Assembly (NCBI GenBank): GCA_028534125.1
Contig: CM052818.1
Span: 5,148,001 to 5,212,000, forward strand
Source: Lama glama
Lineage: Eukaryota
DNA length: 64,000 bases
Direction: 5' to 3'
Under the pieces are notes generated by a model. The model was not told where the DNA came from and ran no database searches. It saw nothing but the letters and a program-made list of their open reading frames with translations. The position numbers and the translations under genes are program-made. Below, piece by piece: positions 39,501 through 54,635 of this stretch. Each line of letters starts with the position of its first letter. Positions within the stretch are counted from its first letter, which is position 1.

Positions 39501-40260
39501 AGAACTAATGCAGGTAACTTTTGAATGCATTACTCTACTGTATACTCTTAGTCTTAAACAAACAAACCAACAAACCTGCAGACAAATCTTGAACTCTTGT
39601 AATAGGAATGTTTGTTGCAGGAGCACCTTAACCAAAAAATCAAACTAACATCACTAATAAAAGGGTGCACAGACATCACATCCCTCCTTATATAATAATA
39701 GCTTATGTAGTATTCCAGCCAAAATGCATAACCTGAACCTAAAAAGGAACCATCAGAAAAACCTATTCAGCTTTTATTGTCCTATTATTCAATGAGATTT
39801 TTCTGTAAAATAATTGGCCTGTATTCTTTCAATCTTTTGCATGTCAAAGGCATGAAAGACAAAGAAAGTCTGATGGACTATGTTTGATTAAAAGATATTA
39901 GAGAGATCTTGGGTGTATCCTGGACTGGATAAGATTGTTTTAAAGGACATTATTGGGGCAGTTGAAGGAACTGAAATCTGGGCTGAATATTAGATAAGAG
40001 CATTATGTCAGTGTTAGATTTTCTGGATTCAAAACTTGTTCTTAGGAAATAAACACTTAAGGGTTAAAGAGCATGATGCATGCAGACACTCCCATGTAGT
40101 TCAGAAAAAAAATGAAATGTTACTGAAAGAATGATAAAGCAATGTGGTAAAGTGTTAAAGCTTAGCAAATCTGGATAAGAATATTCCAAAGTTCTTTATT
40201 TATACTGTTCTGACCATTTTCTGGGAGGTTGAAATTTTGAAGAAAAAACGTTTTTTAAAA
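33557..40260 (+). mobile_element. Near-full-length ancient L1 (L1MC-like 3' end), decayed ORF1/ORF2
   Basis: About 6.7 kb, A-rich. ORF1-like at ~34.3-35.3 kb; endonuclease/RT-like remnants at ~35.7-39.1 kb (gaacattcacaaaaattgatcat, gaaaattacaaaccaatatcactt, aaagcaatgtggtactgg); L1MC-type 3' UTR at ~39.6-40.25 kb. No intact ORF. Confidence 0.8.
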
Positions 40261-43200
40261 AGCACAGAAAATAAATTGTGTGCATCCTTCACTTGGCCAA
40301 TTTTTTCTGTAGTATTGTTACTGATGGTAAAGATTAATGTTTGGATGGAGAGAGATATAAACTTTAAAAAATTATCCCCCCCAAAATATTGCTTCTACTG
40401 TGATTTGGGTGTTTCAAAACAGTTGACCTACACATTTTCTTTTCTCCTTTTCCTACCTTGATAATCCTTCTATGGGATTGCACATGGCTCGCCCATTACT
40501 AAGATTGAGGCTTTCTTTTGTAAATTTCCATGTGTATAACATTATATTGTGAAACAATTTGAAAGTTTTTTTTTTAATTATGTACATAGGTATCCATACA
40601 ATTTTAGAAGTAAAATATATTCTCTCAGAAAACTTGGAAACATGGAGTCGTGGCTCAGTGGTTAAGGTGATAGGCTACAAAATCTGAAAAATGTAGAAAA
40701 GTATATAAAATAGAAAAGGAACATCAGTGAGTAATGATTTCATGAAGGAGAAGACAGTGAAAAATATTTTGCATTCTTTTTGGATAAAGGGTCAAAATCA
40801 TTTGCAAAACAAGAGAGGAAAGATCAGAGATGAAAACGTTGGTTTCCTAATGAAAATAAATCCACTGCATTCCAAAAATAGGAAATTTGCAGTTGAATTC
40901 ACTACATTTTCCTTCCAGAAAGTGATCTTCCTTATAAAAAATGAAAAATTTGCTGATACTCAGTTTCATAAAGTAGATAAATCAGTAACTACATAAAGCC
41001 TGAGTAGTTTGTTGGCACGAACTGGCACGACCTTATTTTTCACTTAAATGTATCAAGATTCGTTCTGGCATTGAAAAAGAAACACTTTTAAGTTGTCAGC
41101 CCCAAAATCTAGACAAACAAGTGAATAATCGAATTACTCACTTTTTTATGCATATAATGACAGAGATGGGTGGGGGGAGGAGAAAAGGGGAAAAACAGTT
41201 GAGAGTTTTCCAAGGAGCTGTTTAAAGTTGAAGAAGATGGCCACTGGGAAACGACACAGCACTGTGTAAAGATCTAAAAATGTACCTCATCTTAAATCAG
41301 GACCACAGCCAATTGTGGATTTAAGTGCAAAGGACAGCCGGGTCACTTTCCCTGGAGTTCCTTTACCGTCAGACCCCTTCCCTGGTGCTCACGCTATTAC
41401 TGCCATGGGGTGCACTGGAAAAGGGGCCAGGACTCCCCTGCCCAGGGCCTCCGAAGCAGTCCATCTGTCATGGATCATGTTATACAACAGAAATGTTTGT
41501 TTTTGATCCTACTCATTTCAACTGGCAGGCAGTTATTATTAGAATGAAAAATTAAGCCATTACGCCGTGGAAGCCTTGCTGGCTCTATCAAATTCATGGA
41601 GTTAATACAGCAAAATTATCTTTTATAGCTGATAAAAACAGCTGTCTGTAGACAGCTGGCCTTTTCTTCAAGAGGAAGAAACACAAAATGGCAGCCCTGT
41701 TGGGATGGCCCGCGCCAAGGTGGAGGCGCCCGTGATGATTGCTGTTTGGGCAGCGCACGAAGAGGTACACCACCAGGGAGTCTATTCCGAGAGACGGTTT
41801 AATTTTCATTAGCCTTCCTGCAGGAAGGAACCAAAAGCCATACCTTCAGGTTTTCTACAAATAAGCGTCTGCTGTCCTTAAGCAGCATTGTTATTTATAG
41901 GCCTGCCATTTTTCTGTTATTCAGTGAATGTCTCAATTAACATTTCTGCTACAAAAATATTCCTGTAGCAATTACAACTTTTCCGAAACCAATGAGCTGC
42001 AAGGATAGCTGTTTCCTATTTATAAACCACTCTTCTGATATCTTTAGAAGCTGCTCCTCTCTTGTGAAAGATTTGAGTCATAAAAAATGCAAAGCACAAT
42101 AAGTACTGATGTGGGCTTTTCATTCCAAGAGCTTTATAGTGATAACTTATTCAGGCCACCTCTGTAAAGGTCACATTGATGATGGTACCCACTAGACCAG
42201 AACAGTATTGCATCCTTTGGGGGAGGGGGGGGTCCAGGTCTCTAGGGCACGCGTGACTGAACTAGCACATTAACACCTGGGTATTTTTCAAACCAAATTC
42301 TTGAATCTTTTCTTATCACATGTAATAATACCCAAATGCCAACAAGAGTGATATTTTAACCTTATCCTAAAGACTTACGTGTGCCAGAGTCTCTTAATAT
42401 CTGTGTATGTGCATGTGTGTTTTATATATGAGTGCTTATTGTTTTATTATTTGTTGAGTTTTAAAATTTTCTTTTGCAGGTTTCATTAAAATGATTTTAC
42501 TGTAACACAGCTTTCCTTGGTTATTAGGAACTTGTGTGGTTTTCTTGGAGAGAGCATGTAAGTTCTGCTCTGTCAAGATTATTGTATATGAATGGCCATT
42601 TTTGACCTTACCAGTGAGGTTAGAATTAAAAGGCAAGTACATTGACAGCATTTCTAAGACTATGTTCAGATGCAAATCCAATTGGCCTACCCATCCTTTC
42701 CTTCTTAAAGATGTAATAGGTTTGGCTAAAAAATAATAGCATTCTTGAGGTACAGGGCCATAGAGGAAGGAGGGTTTTTTTTTTTTTTTTGCATGTTTGC
42801 TCTCTTCCTTCAAAGATAAACTTACCCTCAGAAAAGGAGCCAAGGTGCTAGTCTTAGCGACAGTGGAGAGGCTTTTTAATAACAAGAATAGGTATCGGTT
42901 ATGGAGTTTTCTTCTGTGCCATGCTGCATTCTTCATATTCCCTACTCATTACTTCATTTCATTGCTTCATGCCCATTTCATAGACAAGGAAACCAAGGCA
43001 CTAGTTAAAATTACTTGCAAAGGTCCTACAGATAGTAACTAATTGAAATTCAGATCCAAGCCAGCCTGGCTCCAGTGACTTTATCCCTAAACATAATGAA
43101 ACTGCTTCCCTATCACAAGGGATTCTGTTGAACAGAGCCTTCACCTTAGGGTGGACAGCTGGTGGGTGGCAGTCTTAGCTAGGACCATGGGCTGGTCTCT

Positions 43201-46094
43201 CATCAGAGGATTGGCCCCGTAGGCCCCACCGCAGTTCCTTCCCTGGCTCCCTCTGATGCTTCCATCAGTTTTGGGCCTCGGGCCCATGTGGCCCTGTAGA
43301 ACTCCAGGAGCGTTTCTGTGATGGCTCTTGTTCCAGTTGGAGCATGTCACTGGAGCAGCTTTTCTGCTCTGGAGGTCCTCCCTGATTCAACACTTTATTG
43401 ATGAATTTCACCACTGCATCATTTCACTCCCCACGGGCTTGCAAACCTCAGAGTGAATGCAAAAGTGCTAAGGTCAGTAAATGAACACCGAAGTGACGAC
43501 GTCAAAAGCATCCTTTTTATCAGAAATTGTTTATTTTACGATTACTTCTGATATTGTAAAGAGATTCATCAAAGTTATTTCATGATGTGTTTACAAGATT
43601 TTAAGGCTGATTAATTTTTCTTTTTTCTTAATTAGAGATTTGAACTTTGGTAATGCCACTTTCTAAAAGCATGACTTTGGGCAAATTATTTTAACTTTTC
43701 TAAGCCTCAATTGTATCATCTGTGAAAATGGGATGATAAGAACTGCATGGAGCTGTAAAATCTGTTCTGATGTTAGATAAATATTAATTCTCTCCCCTCA
43801 GGTAATCCTCAAATTAATACATAGGCTTATATTGAACACAGAGAAGAAAAATATTATATCTAGACTTACATTCTCAGTGATAGTGTATGATTTTTATATC
43901 TAGGGTAAACACTAGGATTGCTGACAAGAACAGTGTTTAAAATTCAAGCTGAGTATTCCATCAAACAATTGATTTGTCTAATGAGTTAAAAAGGACTTCC
44001 CTATTCAGTCTTGGAAGACATTATGGAATAAACAGGAATTGGGGAGTCATTTAAATGACTCTCTGGAATTTTTTATTTAAGCAAAAAAATTCCAGTTAAC
44101 AGTTTCAATCCTAGTTTTAAAAATTTGAGTTTTAAAAAGCTGATATAACATCACCCATAAAAGGTAATTATTTTTACTTCCAATGAGGCATGGTATGATT
44201 AAAGTTATCTTTTTTTTAAAAAAAAGTATTAATTGGTATAAATGAGAACAATATGTCACAGCAAATGACAACTTTACATTTAAAATGAGGACAGTATCTT
44301 CGCACTGTGTGCAATGGCTAATGGTAACAAATAGTGGTGATCTATTACTTTATTTTTTAATGAAATATAGAAGCAGTTAAACTGAAAAGTGGCATTACTA
44401 TACTTAAAATTCTACGTGTTCCTAAAAGATACACTAAAAACTATGAAAATAATACATAATCTATAAAAGACATGGTTTCTGTTTTTAGGCAACCAATACA
44501 TATACATACTGAGATACAGACAATGCACATTGAATCAGAAATTAGGTCAGTCCCCAGAGCAACAAAAATTGCAAGAACTTAGATGTATATAAAAATAGGT
44601 TGGAAGAAACTCAGAATTTAAACATTAAAGGACATATTGTACAAAACGCTTTCATTTTCAAAGACAAAATCAACTCTCTGCATTTGGTATAAGAATCAAT
44701 TTAATTTAAAAAGTCAAACTCTGATTATTTATATACTGCCAGAAGCTGGTGTGGGCAAACTTCGTACTTGCCAATCTTATTATGTGTGTGTTACATACAT
44801 ATGTGTTTATCCGTAAGTATATATGTGCACATATATACACATATATATGTGTGTCTGTCTATACACATACAAATATGGGCGTGTGTAAGCAGACCCACTG
44901 TTTTAGTCTATACATTCATACCATCCAGAATAAACAGCAATCCTTGCTAATACCAATCGTCAACAGGAAGTGATTTAAGAAGGGGGCTGCCATGAGAAAA
45001 GCCCGCTCTTACAGCACACTTTTAACGACACAACTCTTTGGTTGCACCGTGGAAATGTGTGGCTTTGTTTCCAGCAGACTTCACTGAGAGATTCCATCTG
45101 GTCAGCAACGCTCATGTGTAAGCTTTGCGAGTTTTGTTCAAGTTTCATAAATCTTCTCCTAGATCAGGTTATTCTCCATTCAGCCAAAGTAAATAATCTA
45201 CAGCCAGAAGAGTGAAAGATCACTTGTGCCCTAATTGTAGGTCAACATTCTCTCGCGGCCAAAGCCACGGCTCTCCTTTCCTGCGTCAGGCCGTTGGTGA
45301 CTAACATCGCCTGATGTGAGGAGGAGTTTTCTGTGAACAAAGCTGCAGAACATAAACTAGTCTGGAATTAGGATATTTAATTGTTTGAGTGACAGTCAAA
45401 ATAACCCTCATGCGGTGTTTTCTTTTTACTAAATGCAATATTGAGAAATGAGGGAAACCTAAGAGGCTTCTGAAAGAAACGTCAATCCCGGGAACTTGGG
45501 AACACTCATAAATCCTCCTGCCCTCCTTACCCCTGGCTCTAGTTTGCTGGGCTCCCCGACTCACCATTTTCAGCTATTAATCTCATCATGCTTCTCTGTC
45601 TTGACATTAAGCTACTCAAAATTTAACAAAACATTACTCAGACTCTAGAAACACGAATTCTTTGTGTTTTTGCGTGAAAGCTGCTGTTATCTAGATATTT
45701 CCTCTACCAGCCTGTAAAAACTGAGATGGAATTATGACCTCCTGGAGGACCGCTTTAGGGCTCTCATGTCTTCCGTGGTGCTCGGAGGGTCTGCGCACAC
45801 ACTGGTTTGGCACATCAACAGTATCTCCTTCTTGTACCTGGAATGTCACTAGTGCTACCTACATCCCAGGTTTTGTGTCTATGGCAGTTGGTTTCCTTCT
45901 CATTATCCACCTCTATCTGAGGCCGGCACGTGTGTCCTTCTTTGGCTATTTCCTGTTTCTTGAATTCTCAAGAAGAGCTCGCTTGTTATGGCCTGTCTCA
46001 CCTTGTTTAAATAAAATCCACCTGAAGCGATGAGATACTGAGAGTAAACAAGCCTGACGTAAACTGACTTGACTTGACTTGAGGTTGTAGGTAC

Positions 46095-46420
46095 ATTTAT
46101 TTATTCAACAAATATATATCAGGTCTCTACCATGCACCAGCATGGAGACAATGGTGACTAAGACAAGAGTGCCTGTCCTCTTGGAACTTATATTCCAGTG
46201 GGGAATGATAGGTCGTGGACACGTACACACAGAACATTATTTCTGATATCGGTGAGTACCATGAAGAAAAGAAAGTGTGGCCATTGAAAAAAAGGGTTTG
46301 GGGAGCAGCAGTTTAATATGAGATCGAATGGTTGGGGAAGACCACTCTGGGAATGTGACATCTGAGTTGAATGGTAAAGAGATAGGTGTATGAGGGTATG
46401 GGGACAACAAGTACAAACAC
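46095..46420 (-). mobile_element. L2 fragment
   Basis: atttatttattcaacaaatat...taagacaagagtgcctgtcctcttggaacttatattccagtgggg. Confidence 0.7.
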
Positions 46421-48759
46421 CTGTACTAGAAAGTTGGGGTAATTAAGAAAACGGTACGAAACTCAGCGTGGCTTTTGTGCTGTGAATGTACACTCTCTCG
46501 TCTAGCAGCTTTGGCAGTACCATTAGTCAAGGCTTTTGATGGGGAATCTGCAGGCATATCTGTATTTTGAAGGAAACACCTAGAACCTTTGACCTCTCTG
46601 ATTCTTAGGGGGACCATGGTCAAGCTGAACCAGGTACTTAGATGCTGGTTTTCTTTGATCACTTCCACTGTGTCTCACCCATGATCTGATCAACAAAGCT
46701 AAAATCAGAACTAAGCTTCTCTGAGATACACTCTGAATCAGATGTAAATGGCTCATTTGTCTCATATAGTAAAAGACCGATAATGATGGCAAGAAAGGAG
46801 CTGGTTTCCTGGGAGCAGTTTTCCTTCCAATCCCTTCCATCCCAATTCTTCCCCCACCTCCCTGCCTTATATAATAATTTGCTTTGTGTCATAATTTGGT
46901 ATCTTCTTTTGCAGTCAATCCTGCTCTTCGTGCCTATTTTAAATATTGTCTACTGATATAAAACAACTGCATTAATAAAATTGTAGAGTTATTTTCTACT
47001 GAGGTTTCCAACACTCCTGGTTTTGGTCCTTAATTTGGGAACACATAGAGTAATCCTATTCACTCAATCTTTAACTAAAATTGACAAAAGATTGTGATTT
47101 AAAAAAAAATTAGTACTGCACTATTCATCCACTTTGGGGTCTCCAGGGTTTCAGTCCCTGGGCTACATGGAGAGGGAGAGACACATTGCAGTCCTTATCT
47201 TCACGGCTCCGACAGCGTACACGGGACAGACACACAGAAAGTGGACCCAGGCTAGTGCAAAGAGGCATGTGGGAAGTCTGAGGGCAGCTCAAAGTCAAGT
47301 CCTTAACCCTGGAGAAATGGCAAGGCCCATTAGCAGACTCCAAGAAAAGCTGGAGTAGGTGACTAGCCTCGGGCCCCTCAGACATGTCCGGTTCTGGCTT
47401 ACTACCAGGAGTTCGTTATTAGATCCAGTAGAACCTTGCAAGCTGATGGGAAGACACAACGTTCTTTAGTATTTACCTTAATTCCTTATCAGTGCCATAA
47501 TTGCTGTCCTAGCTTTCTCAAACCACCGAGTGACCCACGGCTGCAGTTACTCAATGATTATTTTCAACACAGCTGATGACAATACTTTATAATTCCGTAG
47601 CCCTTCAACATGAAGCCTGGCTCCAGGTTATGACACAAGTTGATGTTGCAAGTTTTATTATCTTTGCCTTCTGACTAAATAGTCAAGGACAGGTGAGGAA
47701 AGATTCCTAAAGATTTAGTTGATGTTTATGATGGGTAACTGAAACAGGAACGCTGACAAGTGAAAAGGCAATTAGAGACAAGGTTTCTATAGGTCCAAGG
47801 TGGAAAAGAAGCCAGGGATTTATTTAAATCCTTCTCACTCAATACCTATTTTCACCCGAGGGGTTCACTTGAAGAATGAGAGATGGTTTTATCTGGTTAG
47901 TACAACCTTTGTTCATAGCCTCTAAATAGCACAGTGTTAATAATTTTGAAGCAAGAAAATAAAAAGATAATGAGATTGATACATTTAAGGCCTATAATTT
48001 TGCAAACCCACACCCAGAAAAAGCAGCTAAAAAAAAGTAATTGTCAAAGCTTTCTTCCAAAACATTTGATTGCATTCAACATGTTAGTAGCCAGTATAAG
48101 TGAATAACAAAATCTGTTTACAGTCTTAGAAAGTAAACAGTATCCCAGAACATTTGTAGAAAAATAGTAAGCTAAAAAATATACTTGCAGTGCATTTATC
48201 TTTTCATCCAAGAATTCCACTTATGAGAATGTATATCCCCCCGGCAGGGGGAGGTAGAAATGTGTGGGACAGATTTAGCTATAAAAGGTTTATGAAAGCA
48301 ATATTAGTAATAGAAAAAAAATGAAAATCTGAACATCCAATAAAAAGGATCAGTTAATGAATTCCACATAATGGAAAATTATGCAGAAATTATAGTCATT
48401 TATTATGGAAATATATTCATGATATACTTTTAAGGGAAAAGAAACAGATTGAAATATAGGATGTATAGATTGAACCATATAAAATTCTTGTTTTTCTAAG
48501 TCAAAAGTGGTTGAATATAAGTAATTTGTTATTAAACTAAAATATGACCTCATTTTTGTAAATAATAAAAATAAAACAACTGTTAAATATATGCGTTTGT
48601 GTGCACATAAAGATTCTGAAAATATATTTGCCATGGTTTACAATAGCTATCTGTAAGATAAGCTTAAGAGGTTTATTATAATTATTAATTTTTATTATAA
48701 TTATTATAATCTTTCCTCCTTCATATTTTCAGACTTTTCTTTAAAAGGAATAATCTCCT

Positions 48760-49117
48760 TTTATTTTTTTACTGAAGGGTGGTTAATTTACAATGTTAGT
48801 TTCAGGTATATAGCAAAGTGATTTGGTAATACATTTACATACATATATATTTTTAGATTCTTTTACATTATAGCTTATTAAAAAAATTGAATAGAGTCCC
48901 CTATTCTATACAGTAGGTCCTTATTGTGTATCTATTTTATATATAGTAGTGTGTATCTGTTAATCCCAAAATCCTAATTTATCCCTTCCCCTCCCTTTCC
49001 CCTTTGGTGACCATAGTTTGTTTTCTATGTCCATGAATCTATTTCTGGTTTGTAAATAAAATTTGTATCTTTTTTTAGATTCCACATATAAGTGATATTA
49101 TATGATATTTGTCTTTT
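48760..49117 (-). mobile_element. L1 3' end fragment
   Basis: Same family as 23271-24091 (atacagtaggtcctt, tttagattccacatataagtgata). Confidence 0.8.
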
Positions 49118-49427
49118 ATAACAATAAAAAACAATGAAATATACTCCATTTTGAAAAAATTAAAAAAGGAAGAACTTGATGCCACAAATTTGTATTCTTT
49201 TCATTTAGTGATAACCCCTTCTGCTGTTATCTTTTATTTGGCCTTGATTCCTCTTCTTTTATGATAACAAAAGGACACATCCTTCATCCTAGTAAAGGTA
49301 TTCTAAAAAACAGCCAGCAAAATGTGAGCAAGGAAGAAAGAAAGCATGGCTGAGGCCAATTAACTGACTGGTAACTTCAATGAACCAAAATGTTCTCTTC
49401 CCAAGCAATATCAAGAATTTGATTAAC

Positions 49428-49462
<35 letters not shown>

Positions 49463-50248
49463 CACTTTGGTCTAGTGCATGCTTTGAGTCATTTTTAGAT
49501 TGTTACTAGTTGGTATGTGCACAGAAGTGCGGGGTACCTGCTAGGAACAAGAAATTGAGGACAAAGAATAATCTACTTATATTCCAAATTAGCGCAAAAC
49601 TGGGTGCAGTGCCCAAATGGTATGGCACTCCTTGCTCCCACCTTTTCTTCAACCTAGTTCTGTGACTTGACTGCTTTGGGGCTTGGACATCTTGGCAGAA
49701 GCTCACTCCTGCCCCACCCACACCCTCCACCCTTGGAAATGCAGAGTCCAAGTCACTCAACACTTTCAGTACCCACTCCTACTTCCCTGAAGCCATTTCT
49801 CGGAGAATACTGTAGACATGAATGTACATTTAATCCAATTCCTATTGTATTCTACACTGTTATGATCACTGACAAATGTAAAATGATGATCACAATTATG
49901 GCCTCAAGAAAATGCAAGATCCTCAATCAGCAAAGAAAAATTAGATTATCTTCACTTGACTGTTCTTCTGACCAAAACAGTAGATTCATATTAAAGAAAA
50001 TTTTTCTAAAAATACGAACCAAAATATTTTTTATTATAATTTTGATGACAATTATCTTCTAACCATATGGGCTGACTGGGTATTGGATAGTTAGCAGAAC
50101 TCAATTATTTCACTGATTTTTACAAGAAGGTCTTACCCATCTAGCACTTCATAATTTGAGTTAACTTTATTGAAGATATATTCACACTGTGCCAGTGTGC
50201 CTATTTCTTTTTCCACATTCTCATCTGACATCTCTGTTTGTCTGATTC

Positions 50249-50420
50249 CAGTGGTTCTCAAGCTTTTTTTTTTTTCTAATAGTCTTTGCCTCTGAAGTTT
50301 GTTGAAAATGAAGATTAGAGGCTTCATGTCTTGAGATTTTGATCCAGTAGGTCTGGCACAAATTGAATAACCTGCATTTTGATCAGGCACCCCAGAGATT
50401 TTGATGCCTTGTCCAAGTGG
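50249..50420. mobile_element. MER5-like element
   Basis: cagtggttctcaagc...gattttgatccagtaggtctgg...ctgcatttt. Confidence 0.6.
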
Positions 50421-53199
50421 GAAAGGAATCTTTGCAGTCCTTCCTTTACCAAACAGCCCAATGAGATTTTTCTGCCACTTTTCACCCTTCCAAGTGCCCC
50501 ACCTTCCCGGATCCTTCAGAACACTAGATACCCCTCCATATCCCCAACATTAACTCTTCACCAATTTATTATGAAGGGTAAGTTTATGATCATCTTTGGG
50601 TATCCGAGAGTTTCTCTGGGAACTTAGCCAATGTCCTGAGAACTTTAAGGGGCAAATCCTTTCCCAAGAGACTGTTTCAGCTCCTTATATGAAGTTAAAA
50701 ACCTCCCTTAATCAGATAAGTAACAGATATTTTGATTCAGTGTATTTGGATTTTTAACATCGAAGGCTAATTTTAGCGAGATTCATTAGCAGCTGTGACT
50801 CCCTCTAGATCTTAGAAACCAAGGATTAGTTTCATTGGTTTAGTATATTTTTTGGTCAATACTTAGTCCAAGACATAAATAGGTGATTTCAGAAATTTAA
50901 ACTTTCTGTTTCAGATTTCTTTACACATTTAGGAAATAATTGCTGTGGCAATTCCCTCGCCCCCTACTTCTTGCTGAAGAATTTGGGTTGATGAGTAAAA
51001 AATGCAGAACATGGAGTCCACCTGCTTTCACCTCACAGTCTGAGAACCTTCTTCTATTAAAGTTGAACTACAGAGTTCCCTGTTTCCCAGGATTCAGAGA
51101 TCACTGGCCCAGCTGTGATATGCAGTCTCAAAACACAAAACATCTGGAGAGATGATATGAATAGTTCATCTTTCCTTATTTATATTTGAAAGCTGAGGCA
51201 ATGTTTATGGAATGAAGAATTTGTTTAAATGAATGTCTGAACATTATGAATTCCTTGTCACACTTTATCTGGCTTCACAATTGATGTAGTGAACCAAGAC
51301 CTCTCTACACAGATACTCACAGACATACGCATATACATGGGCATACAGCCACAGAGCTATATATGATATATATATAGCCATCTATGATATAGCCGTCTAT
51401 CAAGTGTGAGGTTGCTTTTTCTCTGTATGTACTTAGGGAAATCTCAAAACACAATAAGGCCACTGTATTCATTCTTCTAAAATTTAAAAGTAGACTGGAA
51501 TAATGGGATATAAGTACAACATGAAGGTAATATATTCACAAAATCATGGCTATTAAGAATCTCGCCCTCTTTGAATGGAATGTACACTTTGAAATTGAAG
51601 TCCTATAACTGAATAACCTTCTTACAAGAAAAAAAATGTGCTCATAAATCTGTTACCCAAAATGCTTTTGAAAGACAGTTCACCACTTTTTTCAGCTTTA
51701 AAATCATAATTGCGAGGGAAGCTGTGTGCAGAGCAGTTTGGGATAAATATGAAAGAAAATATAAAGATCTGTTATGTTACTGGAAAACTGGGGGCAGACA
51801 GCTTGGACCCAATTATTTTCTTGACCTCTCTCCATCTGATTCATCAAAGACAACTAAAAGTTCCTGGTAAACTATATTTCTGGCCTCTGAATTAATCATG
51901 ACTCATTCAGAGAAATTATCTGCAATCCAGACTGTACCCTGATTAAAATTTGGACCATCAGAGGCCTCAGAGCAGTCAGAGAGCTCAGAGCTTCAGCAGG
52001 CTTTGATCCATCTTCCCTAAGTGCAACTTTTGGATGGTGAGGCAGTTCACTTACTGACTAGACGTTGAATGACTCTGGACCAGTGAAGACCTACTCTGGT
52101 GGTACATGGGTTGTCTACAGAGGGTCAAACCCTCAGCTGTCTGAGCCACTCAACAGTGTCAATAGATTATTTCTTGACAGTCACATCAAATTTATTTGTA
52201 TTTCTTTTCACCTGATTTAGAAACATAATTGAAATATTCCTAAGATATTTGTTTTAAAATTTTGATTTATATTAAAAATCTCACTACTCCTAAGCCTTCA
52301 CAGATAATTTACTTCAGTATCTCATGTGACATTGAGAGATCCAGTAATCAGTTCCTCCTTTGATTTCTATTTGAGTATCCTTCTTCTCCTAACTCTCAAT
52401 TAACATATTTGTGAGTATCTATGTCTATGTACGTGTGCACACATTTGTGTAAGTTCGCAAATGATTACTTTGATTTCTATCAAGTGAACTGAAATAAAAT
52501 TAGAAAACTCTCATTTTGTTTTCTTATTTAAAGTTCTATTTCTGGTGCTAATGACTGCATGTGTTTGTGTATTAATTCATTCCAGATTTGTGTGCTTGAT
52601 TTTGTCTCAGTGATCTTTGCTACCTTAGGGCCTAGGACAACATTTCAGGTATTCAACATTTTCATGTTATATAAATAAATTAGTAAGTCCAAAAAACTGA
52701 AAGCTATACCTTATAAGATTATTTACATATTACAAGTCTTTAGTTTTGCTTGAGGAGATTTAAATTAGGGCAACAATTTGATTTGATTTGATTTATTAAT
52801 GGCTCCATTTATATCTACAAATAACAAAAGTTTGGGTTGACAACTAAAGTTTAAGCACTAGTACAAATATTTTAATCCTGTATATATTTTTGGCATTTAA
52901 GTGCCTTTAACATTATTAACATACACAGTGTTTTTATGTATATGTCTCTACCCCAATTAATTATGATTTTCTGGAATTAGCCCTTAAAAATCTACATGAA
53001 CAAGGACAAAGCTTTCCATCATGTTAGAACTCTCATACTGCTTTACAGAATGCCTTCCGCACAGTTGTTATTAAAGGAATGTCTGTTGAACTTCTCCAGT
53101 CACGGCTGGAATGATCAGTCAATGATTTACAGAATATAGAAAGAATTCAGTAGATGGCAAGATGCATTATAAAGATAAAAGATTCATTGCACAATAGGA

Positions 53200-54635
53200 T
53201 TTCTGCTTCCAATGATGGTGGACTAGTTCACCTTAGACCAAAATTGCTCCCAGCAATAGAAACGCTGGGGAAAAAAATACTAAAAAAACTAACTGAAGGC
53301 ATCAGAGAGATACCGAGGCAGGACAGACTTGCCGACATCCAAGAAAGAGTCAATCCCTGAGTTTTTTTTATGGCTGGGAAAGAACCCTGATAAAAGCCTC
53401 AAGTTTCTGACTGCAATAGAGTAACAGTGACTTGATTTATCTATCTACCTAAAATAATGAAAAACTATGAAAATATATTGTACAGTGATTTTCAAGATAC
53501 TGGATACCAGGGGAAAATATCAGTAATCCCCGAGTGATGAGAAACACACACGGTGAGTCCTACACTTGCCCAGCTTTCTGCCTTGAGAGACTTTCCAGGC
53601 TGTAGAACAGGAAAAAGAAACTGAGGCAAATCCTGGTGGACTCCTTGAATTGAGGAGACAGAGCTGAAAGTGTAGGGAGACTAAAGCAGCTAGATTTCAG
53701 AGAACACTAGAGAGAAGAATCCTGCATAAAGAGAAAGACAGAAATAAATAAAAACGCATTCCATGTTCATGAATTGGAAGATTCATGTATATACGTATAG
53801 GAAGTGGATATGTATAGGAAAAATGTTCTATAATAGGTATAGAAAAAATGTTCACTGTGTACAAGTGGACAGTATCAAGTGTACCATGGAAAAATTTGGC
53901 AACTTTTTAAATGAAGTTAAACATACATTTATCATATTACCCAGAATTTTCACTCAGTTGATTACCTAGGAGAAGAAATAACTTAGGTTCACAAAAATAC
54001 CAAATGTGAATGCTTAGCTGTAATTGCCAAAAATTGGAAACTACGCAGAAGTCTTTCAACTGCTGAATGGATAAAAGCACTGTGGTGCATCCAGACAAGT
54101 GCATACTAACCACTTAGCAATAAAATGGAAGAAAATGCTGATTCACACAACAAGGATGAACCTCAAATTCATTTTGTTTAGTGAAAAAATTGAGAACCAA
54201 AATATTTCACATGGTGTAATTTGATTCATTTAGCATTCTGGAAAAGGCAAAACTGTAGTGAAATTGCAGAGCAGTGATTGCTAGGAGTTGGGTGTGGCAA
54301 AACAAGCTGACTGTACAGGAGGAGTTGAAGAAAATTTGGGGAGTAATAGAACTGTTCTATATCACTATGGTGGTGGATAAAACTTTATGCACTAATCAAA
54401 CCAATAGAACTATCAAACTGTTTTCCAAATGACTGAACCATTTTATGTTCCCACCAGCAGTCTATGAAGTTTCTGATTTCTCCACATCCTCACCAACACT
54501 GGTTATTACCTGACTTCTCAATTACAGCCACCCTAATGAATGTGAAGTGTGTCTCACTGTGGTTTTGATTTGCATTTTCTTGATGACTAATGATGTTGGA
54601 AGTTTTTATGTGTTTATTGCCATTTGTATATATGA
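53200..54635. mobile_element. Mosaic of old L1 fragments (plus strand to ~54410, minus strand ~54415-54635)
   Basis: ccatgttcatgaattggaagattc, gaaaaggcaaaactgtag; then tctcactgtggttttgatttgcatttt. Confidence 0.65.

Noticed and set aside
44044..44061. Perfect 18-bp palindrome gagtcatttaaatgactc
   Set aside because: Isolated and AT-centred, with no supporting context.
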